NCBI RefSeq assembly: GCF_006345805.1 | Contig: NC_042999.1 | Coordinates: forward strand, 152,892,001-152,956,000 | Origin: Octopus sinensis | Taxonomy: Eukaryota | Direction: 5' to 3' | Length of the DNA: 64,000 bases | Part shown: positions 63,946 to 64,000 of the stretch, in pieces | How positions within the stretch are numbered: the first letter of the stretch is position 1 | How the letters are laid out: every line of letters begins with the position of its first letter | Translations under genes and position numbers: made by a program | The notes under the pieces: generated by a model | What the model saw: only the letters and a program-made list of their open reading frames with translations | The model's database searches: none | Told to the model about the DNA's origin: nothing

Positions 63946-64000
63946 AATATAGATAAATTATAATAAAGCACGTCTACACACACACATTCATACATACACA

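Overview
This is AT-rich, extremely repeat-dense eukaryotic genomic DNA with one 100-N scaffold gap (42054-42153). The SINE motifs and microsatellite load fit a coleoid cephalopod, probably Octopus (inference; not checkable here). No intact protein-coding gene is recognisable, and nearly all long ORFs in the track are microsatellite translations. Recognisable content: three abundant tRNA-derived SINE families (my labels A, B, C); a ~558-bp non-autonomous retroelement (label D) found mainly inside (TAA)n; fragments of Tx1/L1-like, R4/Dong-like (restriction-like endonuclease, RLE), CR1 and RTE LINEs; a full-length decayed mariner; a second Tc1/mariner 5' fragment; two non-autonomous Helitrons; a pogo/Tigger-type end; and an internal 5S rRNA fragment. 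Two systems stand out. (1) Several different Penelope-type type-I hammerhead ribozyme modules. One at 58227-58331 has a fully canonical core, a palindromic helix III and extended helices I/II. One at 2180-2214 is a minimal variant, and decayed relatives occur twice as inverted pairs. (2) Retroelement lineages partitioned among microsatellites with fixed strand polarity: Tx1 in (TATC)n, R4/Dong-like LINEs and element D in (TAA)n, and another RLE LINE in (TACA)n. A few short minus-strand segments with good splice signals may be exons of an unidentified host transcript.
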